Shown piece after piece: positions 18,773 to 28,638 of a DNA stretch of 64,000 bases. Origin of the DNA: Candidatus Thorarchaeota archaeon (lineage in GTDB: Archaea > Asgardarchaeota > Thorarchaeia > Thorarchaeales > Thorarchaeaceae); contig JBHLRP010000002.1 in the NCBI GenBank assembly GCA_048882485.1, positions 38,527 to 102,526 of the forward strand, read 5' to 3'. The position numbers and the translations under genes were made by a program. The notes beneath the pieces were generated by a model. It was given only the letters and a program-made list of their open reading frames with translations, was not told the DNA's origin and made no database searches. Every line of letters begins with the position of its first letter. Position 1 is the stretch's first letter.

Positions 18773-19538
18773 ATTGCTTTAGCGAATCGATATGCTGATC
18801 CGTGGCCGCCTCGATGATTATGGGTGATAGCGAGATATTTGTACTGTTCAATACTATATCTGCGTCTGTTCCTTTTGAAGGAGCATTATGAATCCCCTTC
18901 AGCCAATAGTACGGACTCTGATTAGGATCAACTCTTTTATCCAGCTCGTTGCTTATGCGTACTCGTGCAGGCTTGGTGACCACGATTTTGCTTTCTTCTG
19001 ATAGGATTGATGGGAAATTCAGGTTGATGGCATCGATTCCTTTTGGAAGCCCTTTGCCCAGCACTCTCAGAACTACATCACGAATCACTTCACAAATTTC
19101 GGTATAATCCCTCTCCTTCTCAGCGCTGTTAAACCATTCATTAGGCTCAACAATGAGTGAAGCCGCAATGGCTGGAAATCCCATCAGAGCTGCCTCCATT
19201 GCAGCACCGACGGTTCCACTCGTAAACATGCTCTGATATCCAAGATTGCCTCCAGCATTTATCCCAGATACAAAGAGGTCAATGTCATCAATGAGACATC
19301 TAGCAAGCACAACGGAGTCTGCTGGTGAACCGTCGTGTGTGATCATCTCAAACCCATTTGCGCTCTTCATCCTTTTAATGCGCAAAGGTCTATTCAAAGT
19401 CAGTGTCTTGCCAGAGGCGCTACGCTCACCATCCGGGACCACAATAGAAATGTCAACGTGCGGAGACAGGGTTTCAGCAAGCTTCAGCAGACCGCTACTG
19501 AATGGGCCATCATCATTTGTTAAACAGACTCTGTTCAA
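18759..19538 (-). CDS. surE: 5'/3'-nucleotidase SurE
   Basis: LTNDDG, GSPADSV, SGINAGGN, SGTVGAAMEA, NLNFP. Confidence 0.93.
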   Translation of the reverse strand: MNRVCLTNDDGPFSSGLLKLAETLSPHVDISIVVPDGERSASGKTLTLNRPLRIKRMKSANGFEMITHDGSPADSVVLARCLIDDIDLFVSGINAGGNLGYQSMFTSGTVGAAMEAALMGFPAIAASLIVEPNEWFNSAEKERDYTEICEVIRDVVLRVLGKGLPKGIDAINLNFPSILSEESKIVVTKPARVRISNELDKRVDPNQSPYYWLKGIHNAPSKGTDADIVLNSTNISLSPIIIEAATDQHIDSLKQFMSD

Positions 19539-19613
19539 TCCATTTCTCTCCTACAATGTCCGATTGCCGTAACTCTGTTTGAAGATAAGAATGACGGAAT
19601 AAACACGTCCTTG

Positions 19614-20699
19614 TTACTCAAACTCCTTGCTAAGGATGTCAAGAATTTTCCTTGAGGCATCGCCTCGTCCGTACGGGCAATGTCTCGCATTATCCAATCC
19701 CTCCTGAACGCTTTCAGAAACCAAACTGGGGAACTCCCTAGGATTCACGCCTACAACTTCGGCATGCCCTGACTTCACGGCTTCTGGTCTCTCTGTTGAG
19801 GTCCTTAGAACAAACACTCTTTTGTTAATTGAGGGTGCGGTTGCCTCCTCCTGAATACCTCCAGAGTCGGTCATAATGAAGGAACATTTCTTCATTAATG
19901 AAAGGAAGTCGAGATATGCCACGGGTTCTATTACTCGAATCCAGTCAGCGCTTTTGATCATAGACATGAGACCGAACTTATTCAGCTGTTTCACAGTTCT
20001 CGGATGTGCAGGGAATAGAATCGAGATTTCAAGTTCCAAAAGACCCTCTACAAGTCCTTTCAGTACCGCCTCATTATCCACGTTTTCTGATCGATGGATA
20101 GTCAGTAGTGCGAAGGAGTCGAATCCGGCGGCAATAGTTGGGTCTGCTCGCTCTAGGGCGAGTGGTAGACGATTCTCGACTGCGTCTATCACGGTGTTTC
20201 CGGTGACAAAGACCTTGCCCCATACATTCTCCTTTCTGAGTATCTCGGCTGAATTCTCTGTGGGGGCAAACAGGAAATCAGAAACATGGTCTGTAAGTCG
20301 TCTGTTGTGCTCCTCAGGCATTCGTTGGTCATAGCTCCTGAGACCTGCTTCAACATGAGCCAATGGTATCTGAAGCTTCGCACTAGCGAGAGCTGCTGAA
20401 AGAACTGCGTTAGTGTCACCTTGGACTAGAACTACATCGGGTTTCTCATGAACGAGTTCTTTCTCAATACCTACGAGAGCTTTAGCAGTTTGCTCTGACT
20501 GTGTTCCTGATCCAACATTCAGATTATTGTCGGGCGTGCGTAATCCCATATCCTCGAAAATCAAGCTGCTCATGAAATCTGAATAATGCTGCCCGGTATT
20601 GAGGAAATAATAGTCAATACCTCTATTTTCACATTCATAGATAATGGGGGCCATCTTTACAATCTCTGGTCGCGTCCCCACTATGATGAAGGGCTTCAA
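19614..20699 (-). CDS. wecB: UDP-N-acetylglucosamine 2-epimerase (non-hydrolysing)
   Basis: GTRPEIVKMAP, TGQHY, QGDTN, HVEAGLRS, PEEHNR, TDSGGIQEEA, TERPE. Confidence 0.95.
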   Translation of the reverse strand: MKPFIIVGTRPEIVKMAPIIYECENRGIDYYFLNTGQHYSDFMSSLIFEDMGLRTPDNNLNVGSGTQSEQTAKALVGIEKELVHEKPDVVLVQGDTNAVLSAALASAKLQIPLAHVEAGLRSYDQRMPEEHNRRLTDHVSDFLFAPTENSAEILRKENVWGKVFVTGNTVIDAVENRLPLALERADPTIAAGFDSFALLTIHRSENVDNEAVLKGLVEGLLELEISILFPAHPRTVKQLNKFGLMSMIKSADWIRVIEPVAYLDFLSLMKKCSFIMTDSGGIQEEATAPSINKRVFVLRTSTERPEAVKSGHAEVVGVNPREFPSLVSESVQEGLDNARHCPYGRGDASRKILDILSKEFE

Positions 20700-20847
20700 T
20701 CAAATCATCCAGCCAATGACCGCTGTCGAAAGCTCATAAGTATGGTGCTCTGAAGCCCATCATGCAAGGACATACATTCTGAAAACACCTAAAAGAATGT
20801 AGGCAATATTCTGATTCGTTCCAGCGTGTCTGAGGTGAGTTTGGAGC

Positions 20848-21687
20848 ATGCGATATGGCCAAGGTATCTTCATCGGCGCACTTCTTCCGGGCATAATATT
20901 CATTGGCAGCATATTTCCTAAAATAGCAGGCCAGGGTGTGACTGACCCACAAGTACTCGCATCGATATGGTCATTGTATATACTGTGGTTCTTTATCTCG
21001 CTTTGTATTGCGATATTTCCGGTCATTGTTGTATATGCGAACCGTAGGGATATTTTCCGCGAATTCATCATCTTCGAGGCTGGAGGATTTGCCCTATTCT
21101 CCCCGTTCTGGCTCTTCCTTGCGACTGATTTGTCCGGAGATTCTTGGACTGACATCATTTTCAATGGAATCGAGAATGGATTACTGGCACCTGGCCCAGG
21201 TGGGACATTGATTGGAATAGACATAAGTAACATCTTCATGGTCCCACTGCTAATTGCAATGGTGATTACCGGCCTCGTGATGTTGCGACCCTCCTTTATC
21301 GCAGAGCATGGAGGTGCCCCAGTCAAAAAGCCATCCAAGGCTCCTGATGAACCCGCAGCGGGTGGACCACCTGGAGCTCCAGCACCGGGCGGCCCTCCAG
21401 GAGCACCTGCCACAACTGTCACAGAAGACCCACTGGAGCAAGAGCTGCCTGGAGTCAAGCCCCCTGCTGCAGATGAAACTAGCAAAGTGGAACTTCGTAG
21501 CCTTCTCATGGAGTTGGGAATTCCAGATCCCACCATAACCGCGATATTCAATGCTGGCTATGCGAATGTGACTGACATAGTAGCTACCAGCGCTGAGCAG
21601 CTCGCACTGACCACAGGGCTAGACAAAGCCACAGCTGAGAATCTCCATATGGCAGTGCAGAAGAAAGTGTGGTTCGGTGGAATCTGA
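20848..21687 (+). CDS. Membrane protein with Gly/Pro linker and C-terminal HhH (RadA-N-like) domain
   Basis: About 4 TMs; GGPPGAPA twice; GIPDPTITAIFNAGY..V.DI......L....GLDKATAE. Confidence 0.75.
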   Translation: MRYGQGIFIGALLPGIIFIGSIFPKIAGQGVTDPQVLASIWSLYILWFFISLCIAIFPVIVVYANRRDIFREFIIFEAGGFALFSPFWLFLATDLSGDSWTDIIFNGIENGLLAPGPGGTLIGIDISNIFMVPLLIAMVITGLVMLRPSFIAEHGGAPVKKPSKAPDEPAAGGPPGAPAPGGPPGAPATTVTEDPLEQELPGVKPPAADETSKVELRSLLMELGIPDPTITAIFNAGYANVTDIVATSAEQLALTTGLDKATAENLHMAVQKKVWFGGI

Positions 21688-21712
21688 GCCATAGGTTTAC
21701 AGTTCAAATCTA

Positions 21713-22453
21713 CTACTTCAGCGCAATCATAGCATCAAGTGCAATCGTTACCAGATCATCAAGAGGTGGTTTCCCAACAATCTTTGCTTCCTTCTCGATA
21801 TTCTCACCCACGATTACGCAAATTGCTCCGACTTTGACTCCACGAAGGTGACCAATGACAAACAGCGCAGCTGATTCCATCTCTGTAGCAAGTACGTTTG
21901 CTCTTTTCATGGACTCCCAATGTTCTCTCATGGTCTTGGAATTCGTCACGAGGTCTGGATACTCACTATAGAACGCGTCTTTGCTGTGGCCGATACCAAC
22001 ATAGTGCTTTGCACCCCGCATTTCTGCAGCATGTGTAAGTGCTACTACTAATTTTGGGTCAGCAACCGCCGGAAACTCAAGCGGAACATATTGTCTAGAG
22101 GTTCCATCATCTCTAACCGCGCCGGTGAATATGATGACATCTCCTGTAATTAGGTCTGGATGTATTGCGCCAGCTGTTCCGACTCGGACGAAGACTTTAC
22201 AGCCCACCTTTACGAGTTCTTCGATTGCAATAGCCGCAGATGGGCAGCCAATTCCAGTTGAGCAGACGCCAACTGGTACGCCTTTGTAAATCCCTTTGAA
22301 GCTCCAGTATTCACGTTTTTTTGATACCTCTACCGGATTGTCAAAAAACTGCTCAGCTATAAGTCGAGCTCTATCAGGGTCTCCAGGAAGCAAGACGAGT
22401 TCAGGTATCTCTCCAGGCGCAATGTCAATGTGGTATTCCTTGTCACTTCCCAT
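21713..22453 (-). CDS. udp: Uridine/nucleoside phosphorylase
   Basis: YHI, LLPGDPDRA, REY, STGIGCPSAAIAIEEL, RVGTAG, TEMESAALF. Confidence 0.88.
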   Translation of the reverse strand: MGSDKEYHIDIAPGEIPELVLLPGDPDRARLIAEQFFDNPVEVSKKREYWSFKGIYKGVPVGVCSTGIGCPSAAIAIEELVKVGCKVFVRVGTAGAIHPDLITGDVIIFTGAVRDDGTSRQYVPLEFPAVADPKLVVALTHAAEMRGAKHYVGIGHSKDAFYSEYPDLVTNSKTMREHWESMKRANVLATEMESAALFVIGHLRGVKVGAICVIVGENIEKEAKIVGKPPLDDLVTIALDAMIALK

Positions 22454-22577
22454 TTAGTAGCCAACCCACGGGCGCCGAGTCTGGATATAAGAAAAGCGTT
22501 TCGATGGAATGATTATCCGGATTCGTTTGGAGATAGCCTTAAAAGCGCCCTGCAGAGGGCGTGGTGCAGTGTTGAAT

Positions 22578-22802
22578 ATGAGCGAAGAGATTACTGAACT
22601 GCAACGCGAAATACTTGCACTCATTCTGGAGGACAACCGCAGAGCAGGAGCTATCATGAGAACTCTTCAAAAGCGACACATAGAGTGCAATCAAAACGAG
22701 GTTATCATGGCTCTCAATGATTTAGAGAAACGCGATTTGGTTGAGCGAGCCACTGAAAAGGCTTGGGCTGCGAAATCCAAGGCGGAAGACTATCTTGACT
22801 AG
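22578..22802 (+). CDS. Small winged-helix protein
   Basis: LQREILALI...EVIMALNDLEKRDLVE....AW pattern. Confidence 0.65.
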   Translation: MSEEITELQREILALILEDNRRAGAIMRTLQKRHIECNQNEVIMALNDLEKRDLVERATEKAWAAKSKAEDYLD

Positions 22803-22822
22803 GACCGCTTGCTAAAGTCATT

Positions 22823-23815
22823 TCACAGTTCTTTCACAAGTGTGTCTACGATGTTGTAGGTCAGGTCAGGCTCATCCTCACAAAATGCATGAGTTCGAAC
22901 TGTGTTAGTTGTCACGATTCTCTCCTTGCTCTTCTCAATCAAAGCTTCCAATAGCTTCTCTCCTCGGTCTCTAATTGGTAGGACATGTGCTACAGCCATG
23001 CCCACATCAGACGCGCCGAGCGAATATAGTCGCTCAGCAGCCTTCAATAAGGTGCTGCCACTCTTAGTGAGGTCGTCAATTACTATGACTTGTCGTCCCT
23101 TAACATCAAGGTCTCCATGCAGTTCAACACAGTATGAATTTGTTCGGCTTTTTCCAAAGCCCTCAATATCATAGCGTTGCTTGGCACCTTCATCTGGAGT
23201 GACAACCAGGCAATCTGAAAAACCAAATTTCTCTCGACCGAAATCGATGAGGTCCGGGATGACATCGATTGTGTAGTATATTCCTTTCTCAGTGAGATCT
23301 TTCACCCAAGGTAGGTCATCCGCTGCATGCGGATTCACAACCCACATCTTGTCGCATGCATTGGCGATCTGATAGGTGGCCCATCTTCCGGCTGACGCCT
23401 CACCAGTCAAGAATGACTTATCTTGAAGTGCAAATGGTTGAAACGTTAGAACCACTTCTATTCTAGATGGCGATTCAATAGGAGTCTCCTTGAACTGTTT
23501 GTGTCCAATTCTTTCAACTGACACGGGATTTGCCAGGATGTCAAGAAGAAGGAGTAGCTCAAGAACTCTATCAGAGGTTGTATAGCGCTCAAATTCAGCG
23601 GGGCCTGCACCAGTGCAGCTTTGAATCACAATCACTTTCCGGCCTGACAGCTCAGGGACTCTTCCCAGCCTAGCATAAATGTCAGTGTTTGGGAAAAGAC
23701 GTCTGCTGTCATAATTGAGATTCGATGTAAATACACGAAAGCCGTGTTCTTCAAATCGCTCCCTAAGATGCTCTGCACCGCTTGCAAGGACCACGTCGTA
23801 ATCCTTCATCTTCAA
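22823..23815 (-). CDS. Divergent ribose-phosphate pyrophosphokinase-like protein (type I PRT fold)
   Basis: VIVIQS, VLELLLL, QDK...GEA, PH, TPDEGA, K.R, VIVIDDLTKSGSTL. Confidence 0.7.
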   Translation of the reverse strand: MKMKDYDVVLASGAEHLRERFEEHGFRVFTSNLNYDSRRLFPNTDIYARLGRVPELSGRKVIVIQSCTGAGPAEFERYTTSDRVLELLLLLDILANPVSVERIGHKQFKETPIESPSRIEVVLTFQPFALQDKSFLTGEASAGRWATYQIANACDKMWVVNPHAADDLPWVKDLTEKGIYYTIDVIPDLIDFGREKFGFSDCLVVTPDEGAKQRYDIEGFGKSRTNSYCVELHGDLDVKGRQVIVIDDLTKSGSTLLKAAERLYSLGASDVGMAVAHVLPIRDRGEKLLEALIEKSKERIVTTNTVRTHAFCEDEPDLTYNIVDTLVKEL

Positions 23816-23847
23816 CCACCGCCAATTTTGTGGCGGTCATCGTCCCT

Positions 23848-24411
23848 TTAAGATACTTTGCCTTTATACGCCACATCTGGGCTGTCTTGACCAACATAGT
23901 GACTTTCAGCTCGGTCATCATATCCGCGTTTCGCTGGACTACTCAGAGGTACAAACATAATCTGGACTATTGACATCCCCGGTCGGAGTAGAACTGGACT
24001 TAGATTCTCACAATAGATCTCCAATGTCAGCCTGCCAGGCATTTTCAATCCCGTTCCAGGGTTCACCAAACCAGCGGCATGTACAATGATGCCCAATCGG
24101 GCTATACTGGACTTTCCCTCCAAGAGTGCCGCATAGCTAGAGCTAATTCTGATTCGTTCAATTGTCTGGCCAAGAATGAATTGTCCTGGGAGAATCATGA
24201 AGGGCTTGCCCTCTGTATCAACGAGTTTCGTATCCTTGTCCAGCTCATCCCGATTCTCTACATCGATCGGCGTGCCAGGATTGTAGATTCGAAAAACACT
24301 ATCTAGCCTGAGGTCTATGCTACATGGACCTAATGAATCAAGAGAGAATGGATCTATGAGAATAGACCCCTCCTTTATGGCCTTCTCAATATCGACATCC
24401 GATAGCATCAT
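23848..24411 (-). CDS. dcd: dCTP deaminase
   Basis: MLSD.DI, PCSIDLRL, GKSSIARLG, LTLEI, I.QI.F, Y.GQ. Confidence 0.9.
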   Translation of the reverse strand: MMLSDVDIEKAIKEGSILIDPFSLDSLGPCSIDLRLDSVFRIYNPGTPIDVENRDELDKDTKLVDTEGKPFMILPGQFILGQTIERIRISSSYAALLEGKSSIARLGIIVHAAGLVNPGTGLKMPGRLTLEIYCENLSPVLLRPGMSIVQIMFVPLSSPAKRGYDDRAESHYVGQDSPDVAYKGKVS

Positions 24412-24492
24412 CTATATGTCACTCGCCACAGTAATGTCTTACAAAGTCACTAAAAGATTGCACGCTCGCTTATCTTTGTCATCATTAGGTAT

Positions 24493-25218
24493 GTGTGTTT
24501 ATTGAGTCTGACAGCAAGAGACCTTCTCCAAAAGATTGCCCGTGACACTGGGTTGCCTTACAAGCATGTGGCTAGGAGTATCAATGAAGCAATGAATGAG
24601 GGGAAGGGACTACTTCAGGCAGTTCAAGCGCTGGCAAAGAAACATAGTCTTGATGCTGGGAATTATCAAATCGACGCCCTCAAGACTATCAAAGAGATAG
24701 AGAAGATCTTGAAAGAAGATTACACACAAACACTAATGATATCTGCAGTTCTAGGCCAAATGGTAGAAGCAAAAGGAAAGGATCGATTCCCAGCTCCTGC
24801 TTTCTTTGCCTTCCTCGAGGTTCTCTCTGCTATTCCTCAGGCACCAAGGGACGCTAAATCAGAAACATCTACCGAGATTGAAGAACTCACAACCCAAATA
24901 ATCGAACTAACCACCACACTAGTTTCAGTGATTTGCGAGTGGTCTCAGGAAGGAGTAATTGGGGTGGCAAAGGACTGCCCACCAGATTTGAAGGAACTTG
25001 CTCGTCTTGTCTTTCGGAAGACAATGATGCTTCAGTCGGGACTATGGGCATGCATCTCCTGCGGAAGAATTGTAGATGTGAAGAGTACAAGGGCATTGAT
25101 GTGCGAGGAGTGTGACATCAAGATGACTGACGATACAGTCAATCTTGGTGACTCTTCAAGGCAAACCCGAGATCGAACGGGTTTTGGCCAGACAAGGAAG
25201 TCGGAGGAGCTTAGTTAG
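24493..25218 (+). CDS. Hypothetical protein with C-terminal CxxC...CxxC Zn ribbon
   Basis: WACISCG...MCEEC. Confidence 0.7.
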   Translation: MCLLSLTARDLLQKIARDTGLPYKHVARSINEAMNEGKGLLQAVQALAKKHSLDAGNYQIDALKTIKEIEKILKEDYTQTLMISAVLGQMVEAKGKDRFPAPAFFAFLEVLSAIPQAPRDAKSETSTEIEELTTQIIELTTTLVSVICEWSQEGVIGVAKDCPPDLKELARLVFRKTMMLQSGLWACISCGRIVDVKSTRALMCEECDIKMTDDTVNLGDSSRQTRDRTGFGQTRKSEELS

Positions 25219-25883
25219 TCGGAGCCAGATTCATACCCCGGAATCCCCGCCATATTCAGAGTGAGTCCCTTGTCAAGGAGACTGAGTCCCATTTCTACAT
25301 CGCCCTGATGAACTGTTATGTCATCTACTTGGAGGATATGATCTGTTTCAGTTGCTTTCTCAAGAAACAATACAACTGGATCCAATCCAGCAACCGGTCC
25401 AATGCTAAGGAGTGGTGCAGTCAGACCATCGTAGAAATCGGATTTGCCAAGGGGTACTTCTATCCTCTTTAGAAGGCGATTGCCTTTTGATGACATCACC
25501 TGTCCGCATGTTGCCCCATCATGAGTCATAAGGGCAATGACGAATCTTGTTGGAACTTTCCCCCGCAGGTAGAATAACATGTCCGTGACCCATTCATATT
25601 CCCTTATCAGGATGTCACCGAAAATCAGCATTAGGTCGCCTGAAATCATAGCGTGGACCGGAACAACAGGAGCTTTCATCTCTGTTGGATATCTAGTCCA
25701 AGTTGAGAACGAGGGGGAATTGAAGACAAAAACGGTTTCAAACGTATTGTGTTCATAAAGCCGTCGGCAAATTGACTGTCCTATCGGATTCAAACCGAGG
25801 ATTATACTCACTTCTTCAAACCTAGTATCTTTCTTGTAGACCTCAAGAATTGGTGATATCCATTCCTGCTCGAAATCAACCAT
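25215..25883 (-). CDS. Divergent PAC2 (proteasome assembly chaperone)-like protein
   Basis: IG..I...L, F.SP.F, PV.A...DLMLIFGD, GLTAPLL..G...GL..VVL resemble the PAC2 pattern. Confidence 0.45.
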   Translation of the reverse strand: MVDFEQEWISPILEVYKKDTRFEEVSIILGLNPIGQSICRRLYEHNTFETVFVFNSPSFSTWTRYPTEMKAPVVPVHAMISGDLMLIFGDILIREYEWVTDMLFYLRGKVPTRFVIALMTHDGATCGQVMSSKGNRLLKRIEVPLGKSDFYDGLTAPLLSIGPVAGLDPVVLFLEKATETDHILQVDDITVHQGDVEMGLSLLDKGLTLNMAGIPGYESGSD

Positions 25884-26057
25884 GTTCTTAATCCGGTAGA
25901 CTTTGGCTAATGACTGTTCTTGTCATTGCATGGAGCATGAGAATTCAATGAATCGCGCTATTAGAGCAATTTCGAATGATTGAGCCATTATCGATTCATT
26001 TATGTGTAAGTCCCGACGCGACCCGCCTCGTCAATCACTACAGGTGAGTGAGGTCTG

Positions 26058-27404
26058 TTGGATAACTACATAGAGAGTGTATACAACAAGGTCGTTGAGA
26101 AGGACCCACATCAGAAGGTCTTTCATCAGGCAGTTCTCGAGGTATTGGAATCTCTGGAACCTGCAGTAAAGAAATATCCAAAGTATAGGGAATTCTCGAT
26201 TCTTGAAAGAATAACTGAACCGGAGCGTATAGTTCAATTCAGGATTCCTTGGAAGGATCGAGATGGCAAGGTTCAGGTCAACAGAGGTTTCCGAATCCAG
26301 TTCAACAGCGCAATTGGCCCGTATAAGGGAGGCCTTCGCTTCCATCCAACTGTGACCCAAGGGATTTTGAAATTCCTGGGGTTCGAGCAGGTCTTCAAGA
26401 ATAGCCTGACAACGCTGCCTATGGGCGGTGGAAAAGGTGGCTCTGACTTCGATCCAAAGGGCAAGACTGATGCTGAGGTTGAGAATTTCTGTACTAGCTT
26501 CATGCTTGAGCTCTACAGGCATATTGGCCAGTTCATAGATGTTCCAGCTGGTGACATTGGCGTTGGAGCACGGGAGATTGGATATCTCTACGGCGCTTTT
26601 AGAAAGGCCACAAACGTTCATGGTACCTGCGTCCTTACTGGAAAAGGGCCCACTTATGGGGGGTCACTTATTCGTCCTGAGGCAACTGGCTATGGCTGTG
26701 TCTACTTTGTTGAGGAAATGTTGAAGACAAGAGGCGAAGACATGAAGGGCAAGACAGCTGTTGTTTCAGGCTCCGGCAATGTTGCCCAATATGCCACTGA
26801 GAAATGCATCGATCTAGGTGCTAAGGTCATTGCTCTGAGCGACTCAAGCGGCTGGATTCATGATCCAGATGGTATCGACAGAGAGAAGCTTGCATGGGTC
26901 AAGGAGTTAAAGAATGTTCGGAGAGGGCGAATCAAAGAGTACGGTGAACACTTCAAGGTAGACTATACTGCTGGTGGGAGTCCGTGGGAATTGAAGTGTG
27001 ATATCGCACTCCCAAGTGCTACTCAGAACGAGGTGGATGCCAAAGAGGCACAGGCACTTGTGGACAATGGCGTTTTAGCTGTCGGTGAGGGCGCAAATAT
27101 GCCATGCGTACCGGAAGCAGTCGAGATATTCCATGAGGCTAAGGTCCTCTATGGGCCTGGAAAGGCAGCTAACGCTGGTGGCGTTTCAGTATCTGGACTT
27201 GAGATGGCTCAGAACAGTCAGCGATACTTCTGGACCCGAGAGGAAGTCGACAAGAGATTGCATGGCATCATGGTTGCCATCCATGAAAATGCATACAAGA
27301 CCTCCGAGAAATTCGGCGAAAAAGGCAACTATGTCCTGGGTGCAAACATTGCAGGTTTCCTGAAAGTGGCTGATGCAATGATTGCTCAAGGATTCTATGC
27401 ATAA
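26058..27404 (+). CDS. gdhA: NAD(P)-specific glutamate dehydrogenase
   Basis: GPYKGGLRFHP, FKNSLTTLPMGGGKGGSDF, DVPAGDIGVG, RPEATGYG, SGSGNVA, EGANMP. Confidence 0.97.
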   Translation: MDNYIESVYNKVVEKDPHQKVFHQAVLEVLESLEPAVKKYPKYREFSILERITEPERIVQFRIPWKDRDGKVQVNRGFRIQFNSAIGPYKGGLRFHPTVTQGILKFLGFEQVFKNSLTTLPMGGGKGGSDFDPKGKTDAEVENFCTSFMLELYRHIGQFIDVPAGDIGVGAREIGYLYGAFRKATNVHGTCVLTGKGPTYGGSLIRPEATGYGCVYFVEEMLKTRGEDMKGKTAVVSGSGNVAQYATEKCIDLGAKVIALSDSSGWIHDPDGIDREKLAWVKELKNVRRGRIKEYGEHFKVDYTAGGSPWELKCDIALPSATQNEVDAKEAQALVDNGVLAVGEGANMPCVPEAVEIFHEAKVLYGPGKAANAGGVSVSGLEMAQNSQRYFWTREEVDKRLHGIMVAIHENAYKTSEKFGEKGNYVLGANIAGFLKVADAMIAQGFYA

Positions 27405-27415
27405 TTCTTATTTCC

Positions 27416-27439
27416 GCAGGCCCCGTCATAGGGGTCTGC
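27416..27439. terminator. Hairpin between convergent genes
   Basis: gcaggcccc-gtcata-ggggtctgc, 9-bp stem with one G-U pair. Confidence 0.55.
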
Positions 27440-27443
27440 ATTC

Positions 27444-28046
27444 TCATTTTCTTATTATCTCAAGAAGCTCGGCTAGTCTCCTCTTCACATCTGATTCAAC
27501 AGTTGACAGTTGTGCCAGCTCTTTAATTTGCTCAACACGTTGACTTCGATACTTCTGTTCTGAAATTGCACCCTGCCTTCTCTGAACCTCCAGCTTGTCC
27601 ATTTCGCCCGCAATCTTCCGCCGTTTCTGCTCCACCAACTCGAAGCCCTGTTTTAACGACATCCATTCAATCATAGCATTGCTCTTTTCCTGTTCCAAGC
27701 GTTCTCTTCGATGCTTCTCTTCTTCCAGTTGTTTCAACTGTCTATTTGCCGCGCGTATCTCTTTCTGAATCTCATAGAGGCGGCCTTCCACTTCTCTTTT
27801 GACCTGTACCATTTGTGTCGAAACACGCCATTTCTCTCTATATTCCTGAATGTGCTCTTTTTCAGATATCTCCCCTTTCTCTAACTTACTGTCAAGTTCA
27901 GAGAGTTCAGCTTTCACTTGGTCTAGTTGAGCCTTTAGTTCTTCGTAGGACTTCCGGAGAGAGACCCATTCAACACTATATTGAGCTAGTACATCTTTGG
28001 GGTCAAGGTAATAATCATCCCTTGAACTTCCCTCGTGGTGACTCAT
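27444..28046 (-). CDS. Internally duplicated coiled-coil protein (CdvA-alpha/SHOCT-like hairpins)
   Basis: Two repeats EW.SL....E......GxISE......V..RL.E. Confidence 0.75.
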   Translation of the reverse strand: MSHHEGSSRDDYYLDPKDVLAQYSVEWVSLRKSYEELKAQLDQVKAELSELDSKLEKGEISEKEHIQEYREKWRVSTQMVQVKREVEGRLYEIQKEIRAANRQLKQLEEEKHRRERLEQEKSNAMIEWMSLKQGFELVEQKRRKIAGEMDKLEVQRRQGAISEQKYRSQRVEQIKELAQLSTVESDVKRRLAELLEIIRK

Positions 28047-28130
28047 GAGCAGCTCTCCTATAATCGCATTTCACGTATCATTCATCCAGGCTTAAGGATT
28101 TTCTTAAGTACCTGCGAACGGTGCCGGGCT

Positions 28131-28535
<405 letters not shown>

Positions 28536-28638
28536 CTAGTTGGCTCATTCCGAGTTCTACTAATAAATGATTCACACATCCGGATAATACCTAGACTTTA
28601 TGAGGAGGTTGAATAGACCATTGTCTGAGGGAACAACG

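Noticed and set aside
20760-21551. 263-aa minus-strand ORF
   Set aside because: Antisense shadow of the Gly/Pro-rich membrane-HhH gene
26031-26621. 196-aa ORF antisense to gdhA
   Set aside because: Shadow of a highly conserved gene, with no independent coding signal
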